Positions 1 to 13,866 of a stretch of 64,000 nt of DNA are shown in pieces; positions within the stretch are counted from its first letter, which is position 1, and each line of letters begins with the position of its first letter. Made by a program: the position numbers and the translations under genes. The stretch is from positions 26,784,001-26,848,000 of the forward strand of contig NC_087260.1 of assembly GCF_037042905.1 (NCBI RefSeq), given 5' to 3'. Source of the stretch: Lytechinus pictus. Its lineage: Eukaryota. The notes beneath the pieces are model-generated. The model saw only the letters and a program-made list of their open reading frames with translations. It was not told the DNA's origin and did no database searches.

Positions 1-781
1 ATCCACTGAGATGAAATGGGCACCCAACGTTTGCGGTTGCATTTTAGTCCGTTTCAAAACTGTTCGCCGATAGCTATTGATTTCGCAAACAAACGTTCGC
101 GGCCTGTTTGCCACAGTTGGCGAATGCAACTATCGCCTACAGTCGTCAGCATTCATTTCTCGCTGAGAAAGTCAGGGATACTGTACAGGAGCAAAGGGCC
201 GTGAGAACGATTTTTTTTTAGAAAAAAAAGAAAAAAAGGGGGTCACTAAACAATGAATGAAGGCCACTTTTGGTTACATCTATTAATTTTTCATACCTAC
301 CAGAATTCCAGGGGGTGCTGTCTATGGAGAATGATACACGCAGAACCCCCCCCCCTGAAAATCTTGGGGGTGCTTCCACACCAGCACCGACCCCGTTTCC
401 AGGGCCATTATAGGAGCAGTGACGTATGCATGTCTTGTTTTTTTTTTTAATAAACATTAGTATTAATGGTAACGCGACATTTGCTCTTACGAATTATGCT
501 CCTCCGCTAATTTCTCAAGAGTATATAAGGGTAGGGTGAGAGTTGTTATATGCGGGATTTTTGTCCAAAATCATGTGAGTAATTGGATAGGTAAGATTTG
601 AAGCTCGGTTTTTTTAGGCTTAACGTGTGCAGTTTCATAGGAGCAATTTATTGTCGCGCAGGGGCTTGGGTCATTTCTCTTAAAGACTAGAAGCTAACAA
701 AGACAATTTCGTTATTAAAATGTAAACGTTAAACTCTCCTATGTCTCTCAATCCTCAAACCTCTCTCTATTTCTCTCTCCC

Positions 782-802
782 ACACACACACACACACACA
801 CA
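782..802. repeat. (CA)n microsatellite
   Basis: Direct CA repeat run within a CT-rich tract. Confidence 0.9.
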
Positions 803-1875
803 CCTCTCTCTCTCCCTCACACCCCCCCCCCCACACACATAATTTCCTTTCCATATCCCCCTTTCTCTCTCGAGCTTTATACAAAACAGTGACAGATAAT
901 TAGAAGATAGGTGTTCGCCCTTCAGTAGGCCTATTTAAAAGTACCCCAAACAAAGTAGGTAATAGATATATAGGCACGTACAACCCGTCTCTCAGAAAAA
1001 AAAAAACCAATAGGATAGAATAGTACACTATAATTGGAGTTTATTATAATACTTAATTTATTTTCCATCAGCATAAATAATTTATAAATTTCTATATTAA
1101 CCAAGTTAACAGGCAGCAGTATTTTTTGCACGTTCTCTACATGCATTAATATGTGTTCTGATCAGTACGGAATAATCAAACCGGCCTCTATGACTTTCGT
1201 TCTAAATTTTGTGTCTACTTTCTCACTATACGTATAGCGGTGCGCAATACACTGAGCTTGGCAACTATATATTGAAAGGGCTGCAAGTTTGTCCACGATA
1301 AATATGGCATTACACTGGTGGCAAATTTTCTGTTTTGTAATTTTTCTCCCATCGGTGTGAAAAAAGTAGCCCAGATTTGATGCATTTGTTTTTCAGTTAT
1401 CGTTCTTATACTAGTATTAATTTTTTAAATGCACTTTACATTTAAAAATTACTTCGCGAATTCCTCCCACGGCATTAGGCCGAAGATTTGAACAGTAAGG
1501 TGATTTTAATTACTAATTTATGGGAAAGGAGTGTTAACGAGCAAAATAACAGCCTGAGAGCAGGAGGGATTTTCCCATCAGCTTATACACCCCCCCCTTC
1601 ATTAAAAAAAAGTCAGTTAATACGCGTGTGAGGCAAGTCTGAGTTGCGATTACTGTGTTCTTTATATTCATAATATTTGGCAAATGTTCGAAAAGACGTA
1701 TCGTGTCAGTTTCCTCAATTGAGTTTTGGGGATCATCTCGCATAGAGAATATTTTTCGACATCTACGTTCGCATTCCGTTTGGCGTTTTGAGTTCGTTCA
1801 TTAACACATTAATTTTCAGAGAGGACACGTAGACCTAATCAGGTTTGGCACCGATTAGCAACCCCCCTCTTTTAA

Positions 1876-2481
1876 AGGACAAGTCTACCCCAACAAATAG
1901 TTGATTTGAATAAAAAGAGAAAAATCCAACAAGCATAACACTGAAAATTTCATCAAAATCGGATGTAAAATAAGAAAGTTATGACATTTTAAAGTTGCGC
2001 ATAATTTCACAAAACGGTTATATCCACATTCTTGTCGGTATGCAAATATTAACGAAGAGACTGATGACATCACTCACTATTTCTTTTGTATTTTATTATA
2101 TGAAATATGAAATATTGAAATTTTATCCCTGTTGTCGTGTGAAACAACGATTAATTCCTCCCTGAACATGTGCAATTAGCATTGTTTAATATTATATGGT
2201 TCAATCAAGTTGGTCCATATTTGTCAAATCTGTAAAAAATGAAATATTGTATAATTTAAACAATAAAAAACAAAAGAAAGAGTGAGTGAGTGACATCATC
2301 GACTGTCTCATTTGCATGTCACTGAGTTGTGCATATCACTATTTTGTGAAAAATAAGCGAAACTTTAAAATGTCATAACTTTCTTATTTTACATCCGATT
2401 TTGATGAAATTTTTAGCATAATGCTTGTTTTATTTTTCTCTATTTATTCAAATCAACATTTTTCTGGGGTGGACTTGCCCT
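1876..2481. mobile_element. Non-autonomous Kolobok-like DNA transposon (TTAA TSD)
   Basis: TTAA|AGGACAAGTCTACCCCA at the left end and TGGGGTGGACTTGCCCT|TTAA at the right end, with long imperfect subterminal inverted repeats (catcaaaatcggatgtaaaataagaaagttatgacatttt and its reverse complement). Degenerate relatives lie at about 2960-3535 and 9082-9800. Confidence 0.75.
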
Positions 2482-3793
2482 TTAATTAACTTATCATCTG
2501 CATGGGAGGGGACATTTCATCAACTTTCTCATCCGACAAGTTGTCAGACCTGACCACTTTCCTTGATTTTGATTGGCTTAGAAGCACTGTTGCTATAGTA
2601 ACTGTCGGATAAAACAGGACATGTCGGATAAAACGTCCGACAATCATGACAATTCTAGTTCATAAAATGCTCCCCTGGACAGCCCAGCTACGATGTGTTG
2701 AGCAGGCTTCTCCGTATCACCAGGGAATTCCTGGTATTACCAAGTATTAACCCTCCGGTACATTTCCTCATTATGTGGAAAGAAATGTAGGCATACAATT
2801 TAAAACATATTCGAGAATCGCCCGGAAAGAATCACTCAAATTTTGTTTGTCTCGGCTATATTGGTGGACTGTCATTTACGAACAAAAATGGAAAAAAAAT
2901 ACTTCGATTATCTATTGAATCATTTCAGTTTTGTAAAGTGATTTTTCATATACCAACAAAAAATTTAACAGAATAAAAAGACGAAATTCAATCAAAGCTT
3001 CACACTGAAAAATATTCATCAACATCTGACGTAAAATAAAGTTATGTCATTTTAAAGTTTCGCTTAATTTCACAAAACAGTTATATCAAAATAAGGAAAC
3101 TGATGACATCACCCACTCACTATTTCTGCGTGTGTGCGTTTTCTTTATGAAATGGTATATATCTTTATTTTTATCGTCTACACAATGAGGAATAAAATTT
3201 GATTCCTCTTGAACATGTAGAACGGCAATTGTTACCTATATTATTATGATTAAGAGTTTCTTTATCGTCAAGTCTCTTCAAAATGAAATATTATACAATT
3301 TATACTATAAAAATACATTAGAAAGAGTGAGTGGGTTAAACTATCGACTCTCTCACTTGCATATCACTGTGTTGTGCATAACCGTTTTGTGAAAAAAAAA
3401 TAAACGAAATCTTTAAAAATATCACAACTTTCTTAGATTGCATCAAATTTTGATGAATTTTAAGGGGTTCATGATAGCTTATTCGCCTTTTCTCGTTTAA
3501 TACAAAGCAACTCTTTGCTGGGGTGGACATCCCCTTTAAGCATATGGCCTATACATAGAATATTTTGTAAAGATTAATTTCGCATCTAATAGATAAAATA
3601 ATAAATAGTATAGGATTTGTATAACGCATGCACATATCCACTTTGCTAGGTGCTGAAGGCGCTCCTATTATTACCCCGGGTAAGCTAGTCTACCTAATAT
3701 TCCGGTGCGCAATGCTTTTTGAGGAACTACTTCCTGCCGGGAACCATTTACCTCACCTGGGTTGAGAGCAGTTTATAGATTAGATGAAAGTGT

Positions 3794-6700
3794 CTATGTT
3801 TCTGGTTCAAATACTGCAGTGACGTAATCTGTATCGTAGCCCAGTTGGGCGAGGTATTCTTTACCAACTTTGATACTTTCATGTTTAGCTGTCTTTAGTT
3901 TATATCCAATCTTGATTAGCCAGTCCAAAATATCGGAGAAGTCCAGGGTATTCCCCAAGGCATTTGTGCTGTATTGGCGTTGAACGGAAAACATGAGGTA
4001 TTTTGGCGGGGAATCTCTTGAGAGTAGTTTCTCGGCTCCGGCGATGACTGCCGGTTCATAACCACGAACGTCGATGTGCAGGATCCACACTGGAAGTTCC
4101 TTTGTGACGTCATCCAGTCTGCTGATGGGAATTTCTCCATTTTTGCAGTACAGCGGACTTTTCTGATCTACAAATTAAAGAAAGGGCACAAAAGAGTCCA
4201 TTCAGCAGACTTCAGATTTGCCAGGATGATGAAGGTATTCTATAAATCGTTAACAGAAAGTAATTCAAATGATCAAATACATGCATCTTACGAAATATTT
4301 ATTTTCCCTAAAAAAGAAAAAAAAAAGGCTTAAAAGAATATCTGGGCCCCGTGATACAAAGTCTTCAGTTCTGTAGAATAATAAGAAATGTTTTATTGAG
4401 AAGGGGTCGCGGAACCGGGGGGGGGGGGGGGAGGGCTTCAGCCTCACTCCACTTTTTTCCAAAGTCGTGTACAAAAACGTAAAAATTACCATCTGATTGA
4501 GATTTTTGCCCCTGTTGAAACAAAAATTATCGGTACCAGAGAGGCGGAACATTGATTTTAAAGACGTTGAAAATTCTTTGAGCGTGTTTGCGTATTTGAG
4601 AGTGCGTATACTTCATGAAATCCAAAGTTATTATTTTCATAGTTAGAATATGCATTATCTACATTATGAAAACCATTAAAACTGAAATATTTCAAAGGCA
4701 AATCCATCGGCCTGCTTTTGAAAGAATGCCCTGGTATATTCCCCTGTCCCTGTCCTAATTGAACATAAATGTTCAAAAAGATTCCTTCTCCTAAATACTA
4801 CGTGTACTAATCATAAACATTATTATCGATTATCATAATGCGCTTTAAAGGACTTGGATAATTACCCCTAGTTTGGCGGTCATAATTATGTACAGCGCAC
4901 ACGCATTTCAAGGAATAAATTTCTGCCAGGTACCCATTTACCTCACCTGTGTTGAGTGCAGCGCAATGTGGATCATTCCTTGCAGAAGGACACCACGACA
5001 CGGTTGGGATTTGAATCCACAACCTTCTCTCTTACCTGAGGGTGGTATCCTGGCATTGCTATGATCACTGGAGCTAGCTGCCATGCATGTCTTTCCGGTT
5101 TGGTTACCAATCGCTATGTTATAGAGAAAGATCCTGTCTTCAGCTAATCTGTTAAGAGCAACGCTCTCTTGGAGGAGCTGGAAGTTTTGATGATGCGGCT
5201 CTATGGCAACCACCCGATGTCCGCAAGCAGCCACGCCCATTGCTATAGTACCTAGATGATGCAGTTAGATAGATAGATAGATAGTTAGATAGATAGATAG
5301 ATAGATAGTTAGATAGATAGATATACCCTAATTTTTTTAATGTTTAATTTTTACATAACTTTGTATATTATTTCGTCTATTTATTTTTCATTTTGTTTGC
5401 TCCAATTTTACTTTTGCCAATTGTATTTTATTCGTGCTTTGGTATATTTTGTTTTTCGTTTTTATTTTTGCATGCTTATTTTATGTTGGTATTATTTGTT
5501 ATTATTGTTTGTTCACGGCCTTGCTGAAAAGCAGGTTCTAGCAGAAAGCAGGCTTTTTAACCGTGATTAAATAAATAAAATACAAATAGAGACGGGGATG
5601 AAAGCACGTTTGCACGCAGTTGAATCGCAACTTATCATGCTTATTGTAAGACGAGACTGGAATATCATGAATATGGGGAAGCGTTTCACGAAATGACTTG
5701 TCGGCAGTAACAGCCAGGCACATGAGCTTTACAGCCAATCAAAATCAATACGATGATCAAGGAAAGTTGTAAGATCTGACAACTTGTGAAACGACAGGTG
5801 TTGATGAAATAGACTCCCCGCTTCCGTTTTTATAGTAGACCATTTATTTAACCTATCGGCTACCTATTTTCTGCATCTCCCATCATTACTTTTGTTTAAA
5901 GACTATTCCCTTCCTAACCTGCTGCGTCCTACGAAATCAACGGGTTAAGTAAATGGATCTTTAAGTGAATTTGAAACACCACGAGTAGCGCCAGAATATT
6001 TTTATAGTGTAAGGCGACCGAAAAGTGGCGTAATATCGTTTCTCAATCAAATACAGGGGTATTGTATAGTTAAGAGGCATATAGACTGCTCCTAGTTATA
6101 CTCTTTATGCTCTCCTTTCTCATTTTCTCCCTCATTATTTTCCCCCTTCGCCCCCTCCCTTCTAGAGGGATCCCGTATCTCTGAAGTCTGGTTTGACTGA
6201 CACCATTGTCTAAATCTTTGCTAAAATTATGGAAAGTCGAAAATATCTACAATAAATGTTTGTTTCTAACGTTGACTTTACTCTATCCTCCTGCTAAATG
6301 GCAAAGGATTTTTTTTTTGCGGTTCCCTGACAATTGAGTGTCATATGAGTTGATAAAATGACTTGTGTCACAATTGGCTATATCCATAGTTAAACCACAA
6401 CTTTTACACCAGAGTTTAAAGTAAACCCGAGTTTAGAATACGAGCCAGTGTGTCTGGAGGGTGACACGACATTTGCTCCTGCGACAAATGATCCGGACCT
6501 AATTTTGTCTAAGATGCAGGGTTAGGGTAAGGGGTGCAATAGGGGTTTATGTTAGGTTTAGGGTAGAGTATAGTGTTAAACCCAGGGTTGAAGTTGGTCA
6601 TTCGATTAGTGTGTGGAATTGAGAAAGGAACAAATGTCATGGAACCGTTTGGAGTACCTTACCTACGTACGCGCCAACGTCTACAAAGAATGCGTCCTCA

Positions 6701-7554
6701 TGGGCATTGTTCATTAGATGACAAAGTCTTATCAATGTTTTATCCTGCCAACCTGTCTGTCCTGATAACAGGTGGGCTGTCTCTTGGTCTTTCTCTTTTG
6801 GATGAGTTGATAGATAGTAACTTGGAATTCTGAAGAAAGGAAAATTGTAAAAATATGTTAATAGCGTAATGCACCAAAAAATTGATGGGGCACAATATAG
6901 CATGTGTTATAACATTTCACAAAAATCCCGTGTGAGCGAAGCAAGTGAGAAAAAATGAAAATCTCATTTTATGATAGATTTTGACATAATATTCAGAAAA
7001 TCACTTAATATCTTACCCCTTTTTCTTAATTACTATTGACCCATTCCTTCTTTTTACTTGGTTGTGGAACTATAGTATAGGGATATGGCCGCCACCAACT
7101 CACACCCCCCCCCCCCCCTCTTTGTGATAATTGAATATAATCAATACGATGATTTTAAATTTGCAATCAATATGCATTGGATCAAAGACGTTCAGTGATA
7201 AAAGTAATTTGTTTGAGCTTACCCTTTACTCTGCGCCTTGGCGATCACCAGTGGACTACCCCTCTGTGTCTTCATGTGATCATCCACAAACTTATGAAGT
7301 GACTCCGGAAGTAAAACCTTTGTATCCGGGCACCTCGGACAGGCTCGAGGTTGTTGGTTCTGACAAGGTTCTTGTAACACTGCTTGGTAGTCACCTAATA
7401 CGCGAAATCGTTCCTCCTGTTGGCGATGAATATCTTCGATGCGCTTTCTCCGGGCGTCTGATCTCGACAAGTAAAGTTGGACGAGGATGAGAGCCGAAAG
7501 AAAGCCGATAAATACCGAATACGAGGCGATCCGAATTTCACGGTTCGTTCTCAT
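3794..7554 (-). CDS. FkbM-family (Methyltransf_21) SAM-dependent methyltransferase, type II membrane protein, ~362 aa
   Basis: Exons 7554-7223, 6829-6663, 5251-5036 and 4167-3794 join in frame (1089 nt) with GT-AG introns of phase 2, 1, 1. N-terminal TM helix (VFIGFLSALILVQLYL), SAM motif FVDVGAYVG, VVAIEP, RLDD and LHIDVRGYE (KIDVEG-like). Probable non-coding upstream exon ends at the GTGAGT donor at 8153. Confidence 0.85.
4830..5028 (-). mobile_element. tRNA-derived SINE fragment (same family as 44342-45040)
   Basis: Shares ttcaaggaataaat..ctgccaggtacccatt.acctcacctg.gttgagtgcagc.caatgtggat with the reverse complement of the 44.4-45.0 kb SINE. Another remnant is at about 3640-3770. Confidence 0.7.
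5265..5322. repeat. (GATA)n microsatellite with GTTA variant units
   Basis: Direct repeat adjacent to the acceptor of methyltransferase exon 3. Confidence 0.9.
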
Positions 7555-10500
7555 TGTGCGAATGATACACAGTAATTCGGCTTGACAAACATGGAATCCA
7601 ATTTTCTTCACCTAAAACATGGAATCAAAACAAGAGATATGTTATCATTTAGGAAAAGTGGTAGAAAATGATTCCAAAGATAAAGTTTCGATTTTTTAAC
7701 TCAGTTAATAGACGTGGGACAAAAAGTTAAAATCTGTATTCATCTTTATCTGTGACATGTTAACCCGTGAAGGAGTTTTGAAAAAATAATTGTTGTGAGA
7801 ACACTCTATTGATGTTTTAAAATAAACAATTCTATAGAATGTGGAAGGATGACAAAAATATTGAAATTCAGCTTTTCGGCATGCCTTAAACACTTCTACG
7901 TGTCTACTTCTACTTCTATCATGAAATCTGTGTTCATTAATAGATGGTTCTCGCCAAAGCCTGATGAACATCTAGATTAGGGTTGGTGGTGTTTGTCTCT
8001 AGTAGTGGCCATAATATTCTGGGGTGATTATGGAATTACACTATAGGCTACACAGAATAACAGATTCGCAATCACATATTTGTAACCAGCGAAACTAAGG
8101 TAATATCGTTATTACTGGAACCGTGAAGATAAGAGAAGAGAAGATACACTCACCTATATATTTGAAATTAGTTTCAAGCAAGGTCTTCGATCCGATAAAC
8201 TGGTCAGTCTTGAAGGATAAAACTATGTCCAGAGCGATTCGTCAAACCTACGACACAACCCTTCATGCGACATCTTAAACTTTAAACGAAGAACTGAACT
8301 TAAAATATCATCATAACGGGGGAAACAGGAATATACCTTTACGGAATTTACAGTGTGCCTATTTCACACAATACCATTCTACTATAACTTCTGAGTCCCT
8401 TCTTGAGGGGTTCTATAGGAGAAATCAATATTATTGATTATCAACGCTGAACACGTTTTCTACGCGCGTTATTACATAATAAGTAGCACCAGTATTTTTA
8501 ATTAAGAAGTTTGTGAAATTGTTGTAACGGTGCAGGCTTCATATCATAAATATATTGTAGAAAAGAATTTTTGTGCATTTTTTAAACCTCATCCCATTAA
8601 AAAAAAAGATGAATAGGCATTGCATAACAATGAGTGTGAACCGGTTCGTCTGAAGTTCGAATCCCACTGCAGGGCTTGGGTCAAAATGCAAGATGTTTCT
8701 ACATATTACCACTTTTCATCAGGCATCTTGTGGATTGTTCCAAAAGTTTTACGCACTTCACAGAGGCTCTAAACACATTTTCCCATTTATAAATGAAATT
8801 ACTTCTTAAATATCCTAATAACAAAACGGTTTGGGCATGGGTGTTGGGAACCATTTTTTCTGTTCAATAGAGGACGGGGGGGGGGTGAAATAATGGGTAG
8901 CCGGATAAATGGGGAGAGATAGGGAAGAGATGGATTTTTAGAGATGGAGGATAGCGAATGAGAGATATGGAGGTGAGGAGGGGAACATAATTCCCTTATT
9001 AATGCCCAGTCTATTGCACTTTGGTATCTACTGTTCACCCGATAACAATTTCCATACATTAACACTATAATCTATCAATTAAAGGAGTAATCTGGGCTGA
9101 AATCTTAAATAAATAGAATAAAAATCCAACGAGCAAAACACTGAAAGTTGCATTAAAATATCATAAAATGTCACAAAGTTATTGAATTTCAAAGTTTGGC
9201 AATATTTTGTGAAAATAGTTATATGCACGTCGTCATGAATGTGCATTTTGTAATATTTGTGGGGCCAGGCTTGATTAGCACATGTGCTATTTTCTGGTCC
9301 CATTTACCATCGTATTTTATACATTTGTAACTGTTATGCAATTTGTTTCATAACCTGGAAACATGTGAATATTGTTGGTAAATTAATAAATAAAATCAAA
9401 TATTTATTAGGTGGGCTGATGATATCACATCCCCACTTTCCTTTTTCTTATGTTAATACAAGAAACCATAATTATGATATGTCTCCCTTATAAATGAATA
9501 AGTTGCAGCAATAAATATCTACTGCTTTAAATCAGTTGCCAATCCATTTTTTTTTTCGTTCTTGGAGGACAAAATTTGAATGAGCATAATTTCATATAAT
9601 AAAATACAAAGGAGCAAGTGTGGGAGTGACATCATCAGTTTGCTCATTGAAAACATGAACTGTTTCACCGAAATAATGCAATCTTTAAAATGGCATATCT
9701 TCGTTATTCCTTGTCCAGTTTTGACATGTTTGATGTCATTTTCTATGATGTGTTTATCTGATCTGTTCAGCTCATATACAGATTGGTAGAGTATAAGACC
9801 TGAACAATATCAATTAACCTTGCCAAAATGTAGCCTTCTCGTGTAAATGAAGCTATAATTAACAAAGGGTTTCCAAAGTGGTTAACCGACTGTTTGTCAA
9901 CAAGTGAAAATATTGATATTTTGTGCATAATATTTGTTTACTACGCCCGCTAGCCTCTCTTGCAGCTGAATAGTTTCATTTTGATGAATTGCCCTGTCAT
10001 TTCCAATCAACAATTATTTTTCAGTCATACCGATGATATACCGATTCTATACCGATCAAAGCTATTACATTATTTCCAATGGCATACTATTGGTCTGTTT
10101 GGAGTCGGTCTAGTGGATGTGACTGTTCCATTAACAATAGCTAACCTTGGTGAATTCGGTTCATGACATGACAGTTGTAGCGGAACGTTACGCGTCCAGA
10201 ATAACACGGAAAAGAAAGGTAAAATTCTGCATCATTCAAATTGTTTAATTTCAGGAAGCCGAAGTTTGGTGATTGTCAAATATTTGCTTCATCATTTACA
10301 ACATGAATACTGCTTGCTACTCATAGAATGATTGATTTCCGTCTGTATTTGGTGTATTGCAGGCTATCTCAATCAATTTTGTTAAACGTGATGTTATACT
10401 CTATAAAAAGGTTAACCCAATACTGGGTAAAATGGGAACATGCATGTTGGTTGGGTAAAAAAGGCCCAATAAAGTGTAAAAATACACAGCAAACATGCAT

Positions 10501-11498
10501 TTTTCCTTTCTGAACAACATTGGGTAAACTTTTACTCAGGGTTTTTATAGCGTGTTAAGTATTAAAGTTCGGGTATGGGTTGATAAAATGGAATATTATT
10601 TCTTGCTGTGTGATTTTTTTGGGCATGATGCAAATAATATTGGAGTTATGTATATTTTAGGGCTTTATAAAACATAACTACATCAGAATATTTATATTCT
10701 TCACATCACATGCATGTCACTTCTAGTTATGTTTACCCCCTGTAGTGTACTTCTATTTCTCTTTGAGATGATTTGAAGTGGTAGATCATAGAAAGAAGAA
10801 GATTATAATAATTATATCTTAAGCGGAACCATACAGTTTAGTATTTCAAATTGGAAAATAATTATACAGCTTTATAAACCGTTTGTAATGTGTTTTAAAT
10901 CTTGAAGTTCAGCAAGTTGCTAATAACAGCGATTGAGAAGGTACTCAATCACGACCTCCTAAACTACTGCTCTATTTGAAGTATACCTTTTCTTATTCCT
11001 AACGGTCTATAAGAATAACATGCATGCTCAAACACTTGTCATGTCGATTGATTGTTGACATTCAAATAGCTAACACAGCTCCTCAAGTATTAGCACAAAT
11101 TACAGGTTTTCAAGTGTGCGAATTGGAGATATAGTCTATGAATTAATAGTTACATGATTTTTTTTTATGGGAAACGGGTAACATTTGGTAGAACATTATC
11201 AATCACAAGTCTAATGACATTTTTTATTCAATGATTTGTTTGGTTTAATGGTTGTACTGTCTTAGAGGGGTATGTTAAGGGAAGAGTGGCGTTTAAGAGC
11301 GACTTTAAAATTCATACCAAAAAGTCGTAAATGCGGGATTATGATTGGCTGGAAGTCAAGAAGCGAATGATTTTTAGAGTTGAGATTTATTACAGCTCTT
11401 AAGGCAACCGATCCCTGAGTACCCTCTCTAGCTGAAAAAATGCAACGTGTATAAATGATACAAATACACCTTAATTTCCATTTTGACGATGCGGGTTT

Positions 11499-11712
11499 CA
11501 TCATCATCATCACCACCACCATCGGCCAATACCACCATCGTTTCCCAACAATATCACCAGCACCAACACCACCTCCATTATTGCTAATACCAGCATCCAC
11601 CACCGTATCATTATCATCATCGTCGTCACTATTGTCATCATCATCATCATCACCGAAATCATAATAAAAATCAACATAAAGATGACAACCATCATCATGA
11701 TCATCATCATCA
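11499..11712. repeat. Degenerate (CAT/CAC)n trinucleotide tract
   Basis: Interrupted CAT/CAC runs that generate spurious Met/Ser/Ile-rich ORFs. Confidence 0.8.
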
Positions 11713-11960
11713 CCTTCGTATTCGTCGTGGTAATTATTTCTACTTGTCTAAATTTTTGTAATCAACGTGTGTTTCTCATATTGTCTTGTTATATCCTTCG
11801 CCATTGGAGTGCCAATTGGCACGCTAAATAATGCTTTATAATAACATTATCAAACCCCTTTTCCAAACAAAAAATACCTTTACTTTTTTCTTGTCTCTGC
11901 TTTATTGGGGAAGCCCTTGATCTTTATTCGAAGCATTCGGTAAATGTTAAACCATGGACC

Positions 11961-11968
11961 TATTTAAA
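11961..11968 (+). promoter_or_regulatory. Candidate TATA box (TATTTAAA) of the Gly-rich protein gene
   Basis: TATTTAAA lies about 220 nt upstream of ATG 12180, with an Inr-like TTCAGA about 40 nt downstream. Confidence 0.35.
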
Positions 11969-12179
11969 CCCAACCCACATATCCCAGTAGCCTAACCAAT
12001 CCACTTCAGACAGAAGTGCCTTTGAGATTAGAATAAACATCTTATACAGAAACTAGTTTGGAATAAGCTTCGATGCAAAATCTGTAAGTATAGGAGAATT
12101 TTGTTTTAAATTCGATTCGAAAACTGGTCGGACTTGTCAAAAGTAAGAGCTCCGTTCATGGTGCAACACGTCTGTAGTC

Positions 12180-13823
12180 ATGGCGGGGCGAGGTAGACCG
12201 CCCTACTTGATGCTCTTCCTGGTGGTGTTCGGTCTAGTCACCGCGAATCTTCCCCAGGGCATCGCAGAGGCAAACGAAGTGGCTGACCTTCTCGTAAACG
12301 CCCAATCACTGGATGGCGGAAATGGCGGGAACGGTTACGATGGCAAGGTCGATAACGGTGACGTTGACGATGACTATGAGCAGTTTGAATACGAAGATGA
12401 CGAGTATGAACAATATCAGGGCGAGGACGTCCTGTACGAACCAGTGAACGATGACATCAATGAAATTGCCGTTGATGAAGGCGAGTACGGACCAGGCTAT
12501 GAGAGACTTCGTCTAGTCCACAAACAAGGTGAATCGAAACCTGGCGATGTTGATGTCGGAGGCGACGACGATCAGCCGAATGGGATGAACGAAGTCGGTT
12601 TGGTGCCGGCTAAGTCTAACAGTGACGATGATGGCGATAAGAATTTGATTGAACTTATTCTCAAAAGGCAAGACCAGGTGAGACGTTCATTTGCATTTCT
12701 ATTACTTCAAATAAATCATTACTGGGTAAAAAAATGAGAAAGAAAACGCTAAAAGAAAGCAAAATCTCAGTTTCAAAAGCAGAATATTCCTCCGATGGAA
12801 CCTACTCTAAACAGACCGATGGTGTCATTCGAAATAACACAAAATCTTTGGTCGTTCTTGTTTCGGTTTGTTCGATGGGACTGTAATCATGTGTGAAATA
12901 TAACTACTAATAAATGCTATTTCACATTTCTTTCACATCAGCTTCGCTTTTTAGTAGACCTTTATATTTTCAAAGAAATTAATTCAATGTTTGCGCATTA
13001 ATCATTTGATATTATCATGTATACTGCCTGTATCATGCCATATGTTACTTTCAAATTAGGTTTTCATAAAAGTGTCTGTGTTTGAATTCATTCACAGTTC
13101 TGCTTTCAGCTAATCAGAGACAAGTATTTCAGTATAACATTGATCAATTGAAATCATTTTTAAATCGTCATTTAACGCTCATCGGAAACATTGACCCTTG
13201 AAATTCATGCCATTGCACTATTTGTATTTCGTTGAAAATAGTTGCTGATTTTAAGAAGAATCATAAGTAGGCTCGATATCGCTACTAATACGATTACAAG
13301 ACAAATAAAGCCAAATTTAGTCAAATACATTTCGTGGGACGTTTCTTAGGACCACTATCAGTTACAATATTACTGCATTATGTCCACCAATATAATTAGG
13401 TTCATTTTGTATTTGATAAATTTGATATAAACTCTCGATTTAGTGAAGCTCTGAAAGGGTATATCTTGAATGTTTCAGATTCAAGCCTTGCTCATTTTGT
13501 AATGCCGTCGTATAGAAAGAAAATGAAATTCGTCAAAACGCAATATACGGTATAAGATTTTAACATTTTGTTTGTGTATTAATGTACGATTGTATCCGTC
13601 TTAAAAACCCACTTCCCTTAATTACCTCTCTCCACCCCCCTCCCACTAGCGTACCTACGGGGGGGGGCAGAGGGGGCAGTCTGCCCCCCCTGATGAGCCA
13701 CAACCCATGCAAAGGACGTATCCCTGCCCCCCTGACGAGCTTGAAGCCGTTTTTTTTTTTTTTTTTTGCTTGTCAAATTTTTTCTGGTACGAAATCCTTC
13801 ATTTGTGATTGTGTGATTGAAGA

Positions 13824-13866
<43 letters not shown>

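Noticed and set aside
6515-6570. Interstitial telomere (TTAGGG-like)
   Set aside because: Only 1-2 degenerate units, inside a dispersed repeat also seen at about 470-660 and 29700-29880.
11262-11713. Met/Ser/Ile-rich ORFs
   Set aside because: Products of a (CAT)n microsatellite.
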